Positions 23,428 to 34,689 of a stretch of DNA of 64,000 nucleotides are shown piece after piece (the first letter of the stretch is position 1; each line of letters starts with the position of its first letter). Below the pieces are notes generated by a model. That model saw only the letters and a list, made by a program, of their open reading frames with translations, had not been told where the DNA came from and ran no database searches. Source of the DNA: Scenedesmus sp. PABB004. Taxonomy: Eukaryota. The translations under genes were made by a program, and so were the position numbers. The stretch spans positions 1,116,001 through 1,180,000 of the forward strand of contig JABVCE010000003.1 in assembly GCA_014905635.1 (NCBI GenBank), given 5' to 3'.

Positions 23428-26400
23428 CTAGGAGGGCGCGCCGAGGTAGGCGGCGAGGCGGAGCAGGTCGCTGAAGACGCCGCCCGCGGTCACCGCCGCG
23501 CCCGCGCCGGGCCCGCGCACGATGAGGGGCTGCGCCGCGCCGTAGCGCTGCGTCGTGAAGGCGATGATGTTGTCGCTGCCCGCGAGCTGCGCAAACGGGT
23601 GGCTCGCGGGGTACCTGGCGGGGTTTAGGGGTCGTGCGGGCGGGCAGGGTTTGGGTTTAGGGCTCAAGGGCGGAGACGCTGGGAGCGGTGCCCGCTTGGG
23701 CCGAGCACCGCGCCAGCGCGCCGTCCCGGCGGCCGCCCCGCCGCGGCGCCCGCCCAGCCGCGCCGCGGCGGCGGCGCAGGTCCTCACCGCCGCAGCTCCA
23801 CGCTGCCCTTGCCCGCGGCGACGTCGACGACGCCGACGTAGCGCAGCACCTCGCCCGCCGCGCGCGCGGCGTCGAGCTTGGCCGCCATGTCGGCATCAAA
23901 CTCCGGCAGGCGCGACAGGTACTCGTCCGCAGAGCCGCACGCGCGCAGCGGCTCAGGCACCTGCCGCGGCGCGGCGCGACGCGGCGCGCGGCTCAGCTGC
24001 CAGCCAAAACACCCCGGCGCCCCCGGCCCGCGCCGCCGCGCGCCGCGCCCTGAGCCCTGAACCTCGGCCCCGGTCCCTGAACCCCGGCGCCGCGGCGCGG
24101 GCGCACCAGTGACTCCACGGGGATGTCGTCGAGCTCAATCATCAGCCCGCACTCGCGCGCGAGGATGGCGACCTTGCGCGCGACGTCGGTGCCGTTGAGG
24201 TCGTCGCGGGGGTCGGGCTCGGTGTAGCCCTGCGCGGGCGCGCGTGTGTGTGCGCGCGCGTGCGTGCGCGTGCGTGCGTGTGAGTGTGTGTGAGTGTGTG
24301 TTGCGAGGGCCCCGCCCCCCTCCCCTGCGCCGCGCCGCGGTCCGCCGGGCCGCAGCGCCGCCGCGCCGCGCGCCGCGCCTGCGCGCGCGCGTCCGCCACG
24401 ATCTCGCTGAACGGCCGGCCGTCGCCAAAGGTGTTGAAGATGTAGGAGAGCGTGCCGCTGAAGATGCCCTCCACGCGCACCGCCTTGTCGCCCGTCTCGA
24501 GCAGGTGCTTCAGCGTGCCGATGATGGGCAGGCCGGCGCCGACCGTGCCCTGCGCACGCACACGCGCGCGCGCGCGGCGGGGTTGAGGGCGGTTCAGGGC
24601 GCAGGCGTGGGTGGTGGGTGTGTGCGGGCGCGGGGCGGACCCTGAACCCTCAACCCTCAACCCACACGCCCACGCCCACACAGACGACGGCGGGGCGGGG
24701 TGGTCGTGCGGCGTGCCGGCGTCGTTCGCGACGGCGACAATCGACTTTGTCGTCATCGAGAACGGCACCGGCGCGCCGCGCGACCACGCCCGCCTTGCTG
24801 AAGGACGCGGGCGTCCGACCCTGGGTCCCTTGACGCTCAACTCTCAACCCTCGACCCTCGACCCTCGACCCTCGACCTCCACACCCACACACCCACACCA
24901 CACACACCCAGACAGCCACCGCCACGCACACCCAACCACCAACCCACACCAACACACAAACAAACACACTGGGCCACCCACCTCGTAGAAAAAGTGGATG
25001 TACGACTCGCGCTGCATCTTGCGCACCGCCGCGTAGCGCGCGAGCGGGCCGCTGCCGAGCTTCTTGTTGGGCGTGATGATGTTGATGCCCTTCGTCATCC
25101 ACTGCGGCGCGGGCGCGTGGTTGGCGGGGCAGCAGGGTTGAGGCGCGCGTGAATAAGCAGGGTCGAGGGTGTGAAGGTGCGCGAGTGCGTCAACAGGGCG
25201 CGGCGGGGCGCGGCGCGGGTGCAGGAGGAGGAGGAGGAGGAGGAGGGGGCGTGCGAGGCCCGCTCGCGCGGCGCGGCGCGCGCCGCGCTGCGGAGCGCGC
25301 CGCTGCGGCGCGCCTCGAGGTAGTGCCCCGGCGGCGCGTCGCTCGCGGTGCAGTCAACGAGCGCGAGGTTTGGGATGTAGCTGCTCGCGAGCGCGTCGCC
25401 AAAGGCGGTCAGGTCGTTGGGCACCTGCACGCGGCGTGGGTGGGTGTGCGCGGGTGTGGGTGTGGGTGGGTGGGTGTGGGTGGGTGTGGGTGGGTGTGGG
25501 TGGGTGCGGGTGGGGCGGGCAGGGAGGGGTGAGGGTGGCGCGCGGGGAGGGCGTGGCAGGGGCGCGGGGGGCGCGAGGCGCGGGGGCGGAGCGAGGCGCG
25601 GACCGCCGCCGCTGCGGCGGGCGCACCTTGCCGGTCGCCCACTCCTCGCGCCAGTTGGTGAGGTCGAGGCCGCCCTCCGAGGTGAGCATGCCTGCGCGGC
25701 GCCGCGCCGCGGTCAGCCCGTCGCTGTGTGCTGTGCGGCCCGCCGCTGCGTGCTGCGCGCGTGCTGTGCGTGCTGCGTGCGCTGCGCGCACCCGTGGAGT
25801 CAGCGATGCCGAGCACGCGGATGTCAATGTTGAACTCCTCGCGCAGCTGCGCCGCCTGCAAAAGGGGCGCGCGGCGGCGGCGAGGCGGCGCGGTGCAGCG
25901 AGCGCGGGGCGCGGGCGCGTGAGCGCGCTGCAGCAGCCGCCGCCGCAGCGCCGGCCCGCCCCCGCCGCCGCGCCGCGCCTGCTCCGCGAGCTGGTCGATG
26001 AGGGTGCCGCCGATGAGGCCGGGGCCGACGATGCCGACGCCGATGGGGACGTCGCTGAGGTAGAAGCGGGAGTGCACGGCGCGCAGCGCGCGCTCACTGT
26101 CGCGCTGGTCGATGAGCACCGTGATGTTGTACTCCGACGACCCCTGCCGGGCGGAGGAGGGGGAGGAGGGGGAGGGGTGAGTTAAGTGTGTGTGAGTCTG
26201 TGTGCTGCGATGGATGCGCGGGAGTTTGGAGAATGGGTCGGGGGCGGGCCGCGGGGCGTCCTCCCGGCGGCGCTGCCGGCGGCGGCGGCGGCCCCGCCCG
26301 CAACGCACGACGCCCTGGCCGAGGGACTGGCCCGCCGAGCGAGCCGCGCCGCGCGCCGCCGCCGGCGCACCTGTGCCATGGCCTTGAGGTTGACGTTGGC

Positions 26401-29400
26401 CTTGGCCAGCGCGCCCATCATCGTCGCGGCGACGCCCTTGCGCTGCACCATGCCCTGCCCCACCGCCGCGAGCACGCAGCAGTCGTCGATGCGCTCGACT
26501 GCCGACACGCTGTGGTTTAAGGAGAGGTGGGGCGGGGCGGGCGCGTGAGGCGCGGGACCGCGCACGTGCGCGCGGCGGCGGGGCTGCCGCGGCGACGGGG
26601 CCGCTGGCGCGCCGCAGCGCGACGACCGCGCGAGGCCCCGCGCGCGGCCCCCGGCGCGCAGCGCACCGCCCGGCGGAGATGGCGTCAGCAAAGCGCTTCT
26701 GCAGCACCGCGACCGCGGCGTCGCCCTCGCTGCCCTTGACGGCGAAGCAGATGGAGTGCTCGCTGCTGGCCTGGCTGATCATGATGACATTGACGCCCGC
26801 GTCGCGCACCGTCGAAAACACGGCGCTCGCGATGCCTGCGCACGCCGGCGCGGCCGCGGCCACGCGCGCGCGCGAGCACGCGAGGTGAGCACAGCGGCGG
26901 GCGGGCGCACGCGCGCGCGGCGCGGGCGCGCGGCGGCGGCGGCGCGGTCGGCGCCCGGCGCGCCCCGGGGCGCCCCACCGCGCGCCGCGCGGGCCGAGCA
27001 GCGCAGCCGCGCGCCCCGCGGCGCGCACCGGGCACGCCGACCATGCCGGTGCCCTCAATGTTGATGAGGCAGACGTTGTCGATCGTGGCAAAGCCCTTGA
27101 CCGTGACCTTGCCGTCGTTGATCTCCTTCTCAGACGCCAGGTCCAGCACCTGCGTGCCTGGCGGGCCACACACAAAGCAACACGCACGCGCACGGGGCAA
27201 CGCGCAGCGGCCGCGCCGTGAGCGGGGATGGCGGCGGTGGCGCCGCGGCCGCGCGCGCGGCGGCGCGGGCGGCGCGGGCGGCGCGCGCGGCTTGCTTGGC
27301 GGCCGCGCGCGCTGCGCCTGGCGCGCACCGGGCGCGGAGAGGTTGAAGAAGTTGCGGATCGCGATGGGGATGCTGTACTTCATCGCCGGCAGCGTCGTGC
27401 GCGGGTGCAGCACGTTGGCGCCAAAGTAGCTCAGCTCCCACGCCTCGTGGTACGTCAGGCTCGGCAGGCACACCGCCTCGGGGACCTGCGCGGGCCGGGC
27501 AGGCGCGTCGGCGCCGCGCCGCGTGGCGCGCGCCCGCGCCGGCCCCGCGGCGCCGGCGGCCCCGCGCCACCTCCCCGCCGCACCTTGCGCGGGTCGGCGC
27601 TGTACACGCCGTCGACGTCGGTCCAGATCGTGATGTGCCCGCCGCGGAAGAGGCTGCCCAGGATGGTCGCGCTGAAGTCGCTGCCGTTGCGCTTCAGCGT
27701 CGTCGCCTGGCCCCTGCGAGGGCGGGGGCGCGCGCCGCGCTCGGCGCCGCGCGGCAACAGCCGCCGCCCGCGCCGCAGCCCCCCCCCCCCTCTGCCGCCC
27801 GCCGCCGCTCCGCCCGCCCGCCCGTCCGCGCGGCCGGCCGGCCCGCCAGCTGCGCGTCGCGTCGCGTCGCGTCGGCGGCTCACTTGTGGTTCTTGGCGAT
27901 GAACCCCGTCGCGACGATGAGCTTGTGGGACCCGTGGTCGCGGAACCAGGCGTCGAGCTTGGCGTTGGACGCGGCCTCGTCCAGGTCGACGCTTGTGCCG
28001 TCGGCGGTCGGCGACACGACGAGCACGTCGCGCGTGTCCATGAACGCCACGTCCGCGCCCGCCTGGCGGCAGCTCGCCGCGAGCAGGCAGGCCGACCAGA
28101 GCTCGCCGTGGCCGACGACGAAATCGACAAACGCGTCGGTCGCCATGCCGGCTGCGCGCCGCGGCGGACGCGGACGACGACGCGGCCCGCGCGTTGGCAC
28201 GCGGCGCGGCGACGGCTGCGCGGCGCGCGGCGCCTGGGCGCCGGAGCCCACGCCCGGCGCCGCGGGCGCGGGCGGCGCTGTGAGCGCGCGGGCGGGGCTC
28301 ACCGATGCAGATGGCCTGCAGCATGGCCTTGAGGTTGCTGATGTCATCCATGAGCCGGCTCACAAAGCTGGTCAGCTCGGGGCCCTGCCCCAGCAGCGCC
28401 TTGGCCGTCTCGACGTGCTTCTCCTGCGAGGCGGCGGCGACGGCCGCGGCGGCGGCGGCGGCGGCGTGAGCTGCGCGCGGTGCGCGCGCCCGCAGCGCGC
28501 GCCCGCAGCGCGCCGCCAACCGCCGCGCGACGCGCCGCGGCGCGCCTGCAGCGCGGCGAGGTCGACCAGGAAGGCTGCGTCCTGGCGCGCGGCCTTGTCG
28601 ATCATGTTAAGGATGAGGTCGGTGACCTTGACGGGGCTCTCCGGCGAGCTGCCCATCGCCGACACGACGACGACCTTGGACTGCTCGGCGTCCGACATCA
28701 TCTGCGGCGCGGGGCGGGCCGGCGCGGTGGGCCGCCGCGCGGCGCGGCGGCCGGCCGCGCGGCCGCAGCCCGCTGCCGGTTGCGAGGCTGCTGCCGCCGC
28801 TGCCGCCGCTGCCGCCGCTGCTTGCTGCAGGCACCGGTGCAGGCAAGCAGTGGCACGCATCCAGGCGCGGCGCTCGTGCCCGTGCTGCGCCGTGTGCGTG
28901 GGCCGCCCGGCGCGCTGCTCACCAGCTCCGCCACCGCCTTGAGCCTGTCGGGGCTGGCCATGCAGGTGCCGCCGAACTTGTGAATCTGCGGCCGCGCGGC
29001 GCGGCGGCGGCGGCGGCGGGGCGGGCGCCGGCGTCGGCGGAGCGCTGCGGCGCGCCGCCGGCTGGGTTCCACCGCCCCCGGAGGCGCGCCAGGGCGCGGC
29101 CAGGGGCTGCAGCCTGCGGGTGAGCTGCCGGGCGCAGCCTGGCCGGGCGCCGGCAGGGCGTGGGCGGGGCCAGACGCCGATCCCTGCTCACCGCCCAGTG
29201 GGTGCCGCGCGGCGCCTCCTCCACGGCGGTGGCGCTGCGCTCCGCAGCCACAGCCCTCACCGCCACCGCGCCGCGCCGGCTGCGCGGCGCCTGCGCGCCG
29301 GCGCGCCGCACGGCAGCGGCAGCAGCGGGCGCCAGCCCGCAGCGCTGTCCCGCCCGCGCCATGCCGGCGGCGGAGACGACGCCAGAACTGAGCGCGGGCG

Positions 29401-29461
29401 CCAGGAGCGCCTGGGGGGCCCGCGCGCCCGCGGGCGCGGCGCGGCCGGCGTGAAGGCGCAT
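23428..29461 (-). CDS. AK-HSDH: Bifunctional aspartate kinase-homoserine dehydrogenase (plastid, thrA/metL-like), about 18 exons
   Basis: Transit peptide; [73 protein letters not shown], two ACT domains ([18 protein letters not shown]), [74 protein letters not shown]. Confidence 0.96.
24688..24800. ncRNA. Long intronic hairpin (pre-miRNA-like or inverted-repeat element)
   Basis: 24688-24740 pairs with 24747-24800. Read on the + strand this gives 43 Watson-Crick pairs, 7 G:U pairs, 3 mismatches, 1 bulge and a 6-nt loop (TCGACT). It lies in AK-HSDH intron 24550-24981. Confidence 0.5.
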
Positions 29462-29708
29462 CCCGTGCTGCTGCGAGCGCTCCGGGCGCTGGACCGTGCT
29501 GCTGCTCCCTCTCGGGCGGGCGGCACCGGGCGGTGCTGTGCGGGGCCGCGTCGGCGGCGCGCCGACGCCGGCCGGCGCCGCGCGCCGCCGCCGCCTGCGC
29601 CCTGCGCCCTGCGCCCTGCGCCGCCCGGCCGGGCTCGGCGGCGCCGGCTGCGTTTCATGTGCTGCCGTTCCGCCGCTGTGGAGGCTTATTAGGTCACACC
29701 CGCTTGGC

Positions 29709-29934
29709 TCAGCGGCTCACACCGGCGCCGCCCGGCTCAGCCGTCGGGGGCGACCCCCGCAAGTCCAGGAACTGCGAGTGCGAGATGCCGCCGGTGAAGA
29801 CTCCAAAGCCCCGCCCTGCGAGCAGCTCGTACCGCGCCAGGTCGGCCGCGGGCAGCGCGGCGCCGGGCGGCTGCTCCTGCAGCCCGCCCCCGGCGCCGCC
29901 CCACGCCGCCAGCACGCGCGCGCGCGGCTGCTGC

Positions 29935-30001
<67 letters not shown>

Positions 30002-30917
30002 TCCAATCCGCGTCCACCGCCGCCGCGCGTCCCGGGTCGCCCGCGTGCTGTGGGCCGCAGTGCTGCGCCGCGGCGGCCGCGAAGAACGCGACGTCCTCGT
30101 CGCGCGCCGTGTGCCGGAACGCGCCCGCGAGGCGCAGCCCGCCGCCCGCGCCGGCGACGTGTGGGCCCAAGAAGCGGGCGTAATACTTCAGTCGGTTCTT
30201 GGTTGACGGCGCAAAGCGCCGGCACGCCGCCTCCCACTCCGCGGCGACGTTGTGGCCGCGCAGGTGCGCCGCGCCGCCCGCGCCGAGCCAGGCGCGCTGC
30301 AGCGCAAAGCGCACAAACTCGAGGCCGTACCAGAGCGCGCGCGGCGCGCCGTTGGTGCGGCTGCGGCTGCCGCAGTCCCACACCACGACGCTGCGGCGGC
30401 GGCGGCGGCGGGGGCGGCGGCGTGGGCGGGCGGCCGCGGCGACGGCGACGCGCACGCGCGGGCGGCCGCGGCCGCCGCCGCGCCTGTGGCCCAGCGCCAG
30501 CGCGAGCAGCAGCGTGGCGTCGAGCTCCAGCATCAGGGGCTCAAAGAGCTGCTGCTCGAGCGCCGTGCTGCGGATGCGCACGGCACTGAACGGCAGCGCC
30601 AGCTCGTGCAGCAGCGGCGCGAGCTCCAGGCCGTTCGTAAGGTTGACGAAGTGAAGGCTCGCGCCCAGCGGCGGCAGCCGCCCGCCGTCGAGCAGCAGCG
30701 CGTTGGGGAACGGCGCGCCGAGCGCCGCCCGCAGCGCCCGCTCCGCGGCGGGCTCGGCGGCGGCGGCTCTGGCAGCTGCGGCGGCTGGCCCGCTGGCGGC
30801 GGCGGCGCGGCGGCGCGCGGCGCGCGGCGCGCCGCCAGAGCTGCAGCCGCCAGAGCTGCACGGCCGCCGCTGCGCGCGGCGCGCGAGCTGCTGCTGCTCA
30901 TGGAGCGGCGCGTGCAT
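29709..30917 (-). CDS. Uncharacterised protein with a conserved-looking enzyme-like core and a poly-Q tract, 2 exons
   Basis: Coding-like core LHFVNLTNGLE...VRIRSTALEQ...LDATLLLALALGH|SVVVWDCGSR...PRALWYGLEFVRFAL...RLKYYARF, with one GC-AG intron (~30390-30483) and an Ala/Arg-rich N-terminus that may be a transit peptide. Confidence 0.75.
29927..29995. repeat. (CTG/CAG)n trinucleotide repeat encoding poly-Gln
   Basis: About 20 consecutive CTG units on +, translated as poly-Q in the minus-strand CDS. Confidence 0.9.
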
Positions 30918-31193
30918 CGCGCGCGCAGCGCCGCCGCCGTGCGTCTGGCGGCGGCTGGGCCTGTGGCTGGCGGGCTGGGCCTGTGGGAACGACTGCTGTC
31001 TATCATCGGCGCCTCGCGCTTGAAGGGTTCAAGCTGGCTGCTGTCGCAAAAATTCAAGCTGACCGCACCGTCTCGCCGGCCCGCAGCCGTCGCACCGCGC
31101 TGCGCGCCTTTCTCCAACGCGGCATGCGGCGCGCCCGCTGAACGGCGCGCCCGGCCGGCCGGCGGCAGCGCACTCGCTGCCGAGCGCGGCGCG

Positions 31194-32359
31194 ATGCAGC
31201 AGGGCCAGCAGACCGGCCTGGGCGCGCTGCCCGTGGCCTCCACAGGTGCCCCCGCCTGCCGCTCGACCGGCGCGCGCCCCGGCGGCACGCCCCGGCGCGC
31301 TGAGTGCCCGCATCCGCCCCCGCCGCAGGCGCCCTCAACGCGCTGCTCTTCCAGGGCCAGGGAATGATGGCGGGGGCCGGCCAGGCCCTCCTCACGCCGC
31401 GGCTGGCGCTCCTGCAGCCGGGGTGCGCGCTGCTGCGCCCGTTTGAACCGGGCAGCAGCACCGGGTGCTGCCCCGGCGCCCTGCCGCCCCCCCCCCGCAC
31501 GCCCTCGCGGCGTGGCGGTGGGGCGCTGGCACGCCGCCGAGCCCGCTGACGCGCCCCTGCCCGCCGCCGCCCGCGCGGTCGCCCGCCGCGCCGCCCGCCG
31601 CCAGCGCGCGGCCGGGCCTGGCCGCGGCGCCCGGCGGCGGGGGCTTCCGGCCCGCCGGCGCGCCCGCCAAGAGCTCCGGCAGGCGCAGCACGAAGCAGGG
31701 CCGCAAGACGTGCAACTGCAAGAACTCGCGCTGCCTCAAGCTGTGAGCCGCCGGCCGGGCGCGCGGCAGCGGCCGCCGCGCGCGGGCGCCGCGTCCGACT
31801 GGCCCCGCCCACGCCGCGCGCCGCGCCGCCGCAGCTACTGCGAGTGCTTTGCGAGCGGGCGCTACTGCGACAACTGCAACTGCCTGTCCTGCCAGAACAA
31901 CAAGGAGCACGAGGCGACGCGGCAGGCCGCGGTCGAGACGATCCTGGAGCGCAACCCAAACGCCTTCAGGCCAAAGATTCAGGCGCGGTTGCAGCGGCCC
32001 GCAGCGGCCCGCAGCGACGCCGCAGCGGCCCGCAGCGACGTCGCGGCGGCGGCGCGCCGACCCCGCGCCGCGCCGCGCGCAGACCGCGGAGGGCGACACG
32101 CACCCGGCGAGCATCCGCAACGCGCCCGACGGCACGGTGCGGCACACCAAGGGCTGCAACTGCAAGAAGAGCTCCTGCCTCAAGAAGTACTGCGAGTGCT
32201 TCCAGGGCGGCATCTTTTGCACAGACCTCTGCAAGTGCCTCGAGTGCAAAAACTTCGAGGCGCGCGCGTGGCGGCGGCGAGGACGCGGGGGGCACAGCGG
32301 CAGCGGGGCGGGCGCCGCGCGGCGGCGCATTCGGCGCGCGGGCCCGCGCCGAACGCGCG

Positions 32360-32397
<38 letters not shown>

Positions 32398-33572
32398 GCG
32401 CGCAGGGCTCGCGGCCGCAGCCGGCGGGGGCGCACGACTACGCGCCGCAGGCCCAGGGCGGGCACGCGGCGCTCAAGCGCCAGCGCATGCAGGCGCCTCA
32501 GCAGCTGCACCTGCAGGCGCAGAGCGCGGCGCTGCAGCAGATGCAGCAGATGCAGCAGCTGCAGCAGCTGCAGCTGCAGCAGGCGCTGCAGCACGCGGCG
32601 GCGGCGGGCGCCGCGCAGCAGGTGCAGCTCGCCGCGCCGCAGCGCCCGGGCGTGGCGGCGGTGCAAGAGGTGCTGTCGCCGGTCACGCTGGAGCAGGCGT
32701 GCGAGCAGCTGCTCGCGTTGCTGGAGCGCGGGCCGGAGCAGGAGCAGCAGGAGCAGCAGCCAGCGGCCGACGGCGCGCCAGCGGCCAACGGCGTCATGGC
32801 CAAGCACGAGCCGCACGACGGCGGCGAGGGCAGCCCGCCCGCGGCCGGCGCGGCGCAGCGCAGCGTCGACGCCGACGGCGACGCAGCCATGCACGACGCG
32901 TCGCCCCTGCGGGACGCGGCGGCGCAGCAGCAGCCGGACCAGCTGCCCGACGGCGCGGAGCCGCCTGCAGGCGCAGGCGGGGCCGAGGCGCTGCCAGCGG
33001 CGCAGGAGGCGGCGGTGCTGCAGGGCCTGGCGGCGGTGGTCAAGCGCATCACGGCAGAGGCAGAGGACAGGGCCACCAGCGCCGCAGCCGCGGCGGCGGC
33101 GGCGGCAGCAGCGGCGGCGCCGGCGGCGGCCGCAGCGGCGGCGCCGGCGGCGGCCGACGGCGGCGCGGCGGCGCCCGCGGAGCTGGCCAACGGCGCGAGC
33201 GAAGCAGCCGCCGCGGGCGCAGCGGCCGCGCCGCAGCCGGCGCCTGCGGTGCGGCCGCCGCTGCTGACGCCGCTGCTGCAGCAGCCGGGCGGCATGACGC
33301 CGCAGCAGGCCGCGGCCGTGGCGCAGCTGCAGCAGCAGGTGCAGCTGCAGGCGCACGCGCAGCTGCAGCAGGCGCAGCGCGCGGCGCTGCTCGGCGGCGG
33401 CCTGGGCGTGCAGGGCCTGCAGCTGCCCGCGCTGCGGCCGCTGAGCGTGGGGGGCGTGCCCATGGTGCAGGTCGTGATGCAGGACGGCACCGTGCAGCAG
33501 GTCGCGGCCGCGGCGCTGATGTCGATGCTCCCGGGCGCGGCGGCGGGCGCGGCGGCGGGCGCGGGCGGCTGA
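31194..33572 (+). CDS. Tesmin/TSO1-like CXC (LIN54-like, DREAM subunit) protein, about 6 exons
   Basis: Two CXC domains with the hinge: [84 protein letters not shown]-rich C-terminus. Confidence 0.93.
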
Positions 33573-34689
33573 TGCTGACTCTGGGCCCGGGGAGAGGGGG
33601 GGCTATTTCGTTGATCGCTCCGCGCGGGGTCGGCGGCGGCGGGGTTTCGCACAGCAGTGTTGCGCGCGCAGGGCCATCATTGTCGGGCGCGCGCGCCGCA
33701 TCGGACCCGGCGTGTGTTAACAGCGCCGGTCGCCCCAGCCCATTCCGCGCCCGCAGCCTGATGGTACACGAGCCAGCCGCAGCCGCAGCAGCAATTGAGC
33801 GCCCGCCTGCCGCCGCGTGGCAGGCAGTGCGGCGCGTGCGCGCCGTCCACGCTGCGAGAGAGAGTGTGTGTTTGGTTGTCAAGCTAGCCGCTGCGCCAAA
33901 GCAAATGAGTGCATGCCGCCGCCGCCGCCGCCAGCTATACAAGGCCACAGTGGCCTCGTTTGCAGGGCGCGCCGCCAGGCGTTGCTGCCGCCGGCCGGGC
34001 GCCGTGCCTGTTGCAGCACGCGGGAGAAGTGTGTGAGCCTTGCCGTTGTCTTCGCGGGGCGGCGCCCCTGGGCACGCGAGGCAGGGGCCCTTATGACCTG
34101 GTGGTCATAACCACCACCAGCCGGCGCGGCGCGTCCCCCCGCGGAGCGCGCGCCGCGCCGCTGCAAACGACCAGGCGTGACCGGCCTCAACACCGGCCCA
34201 AACCGCCGAGCAAACCAGGCGCCGCGCCTGCCAAAAGCATATGTTCAGGGCTTTGGCAGGCGGAGTCCGCCCGCCGCGCCGGCGGCGCGCGCGTTTGTTG
34301 TTGATGGCGGCGCCGGGCCCCGCGAGGGGGCGCCGCGCGCCGCGTCAATGCCCCCGCCCCGCCGCATCGCGGCCCGGCGCGCGCGCGGCGACCGCGCTGC
34401 GGCCGCCGGCGCCGCCCCCGCCCCCACGGTTGTCATGCGCGGAAGGCGCGCTCACATACCCCAGCGCGCCGCGCGCCGGCCGCGCGATGCGCGCTGACCG
34501 CGCGGCCGCAGCAGTGCTCCCCCGCCCGGCCCCGCCCGCCGCAGGCGCCGCCCCATGTGTGGCGCGGCGCCGCCGGCCCGCAATGCACGCTGCGCCCCGC
34601 GCCGCCGCGGGGCGCCCCCGTCCGCCGGCCGCTGCGTAGGGCTGCTGCCGCCGGGGGCTCGCCCCGCGCCGCGCGTCGCCGCGCGCGCG

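Noticed and set aside
24720..24765. SECIS element in the intronic hairpin (ATGA...AAA on the minus strand)
   Set aside because: The spacing does not fit a SECIS core, the site is intronic, and no in-frame TGA is required in neighbouring genes.
31021..31030. Heat-shock element (GAA...TTC)
   Set aside because: The spacer is 3 nt rather than the canonical nGAAnnTTCn spacing.
34091..34120. Overlapping alternative hairpins TTATGACC/GGTCATAA and CTGGTGGT/ACCACCAG (riboswitch-like)
   Set aside because: Stems are only 8 bp and no known aptamer consensus is present; insufficient support.
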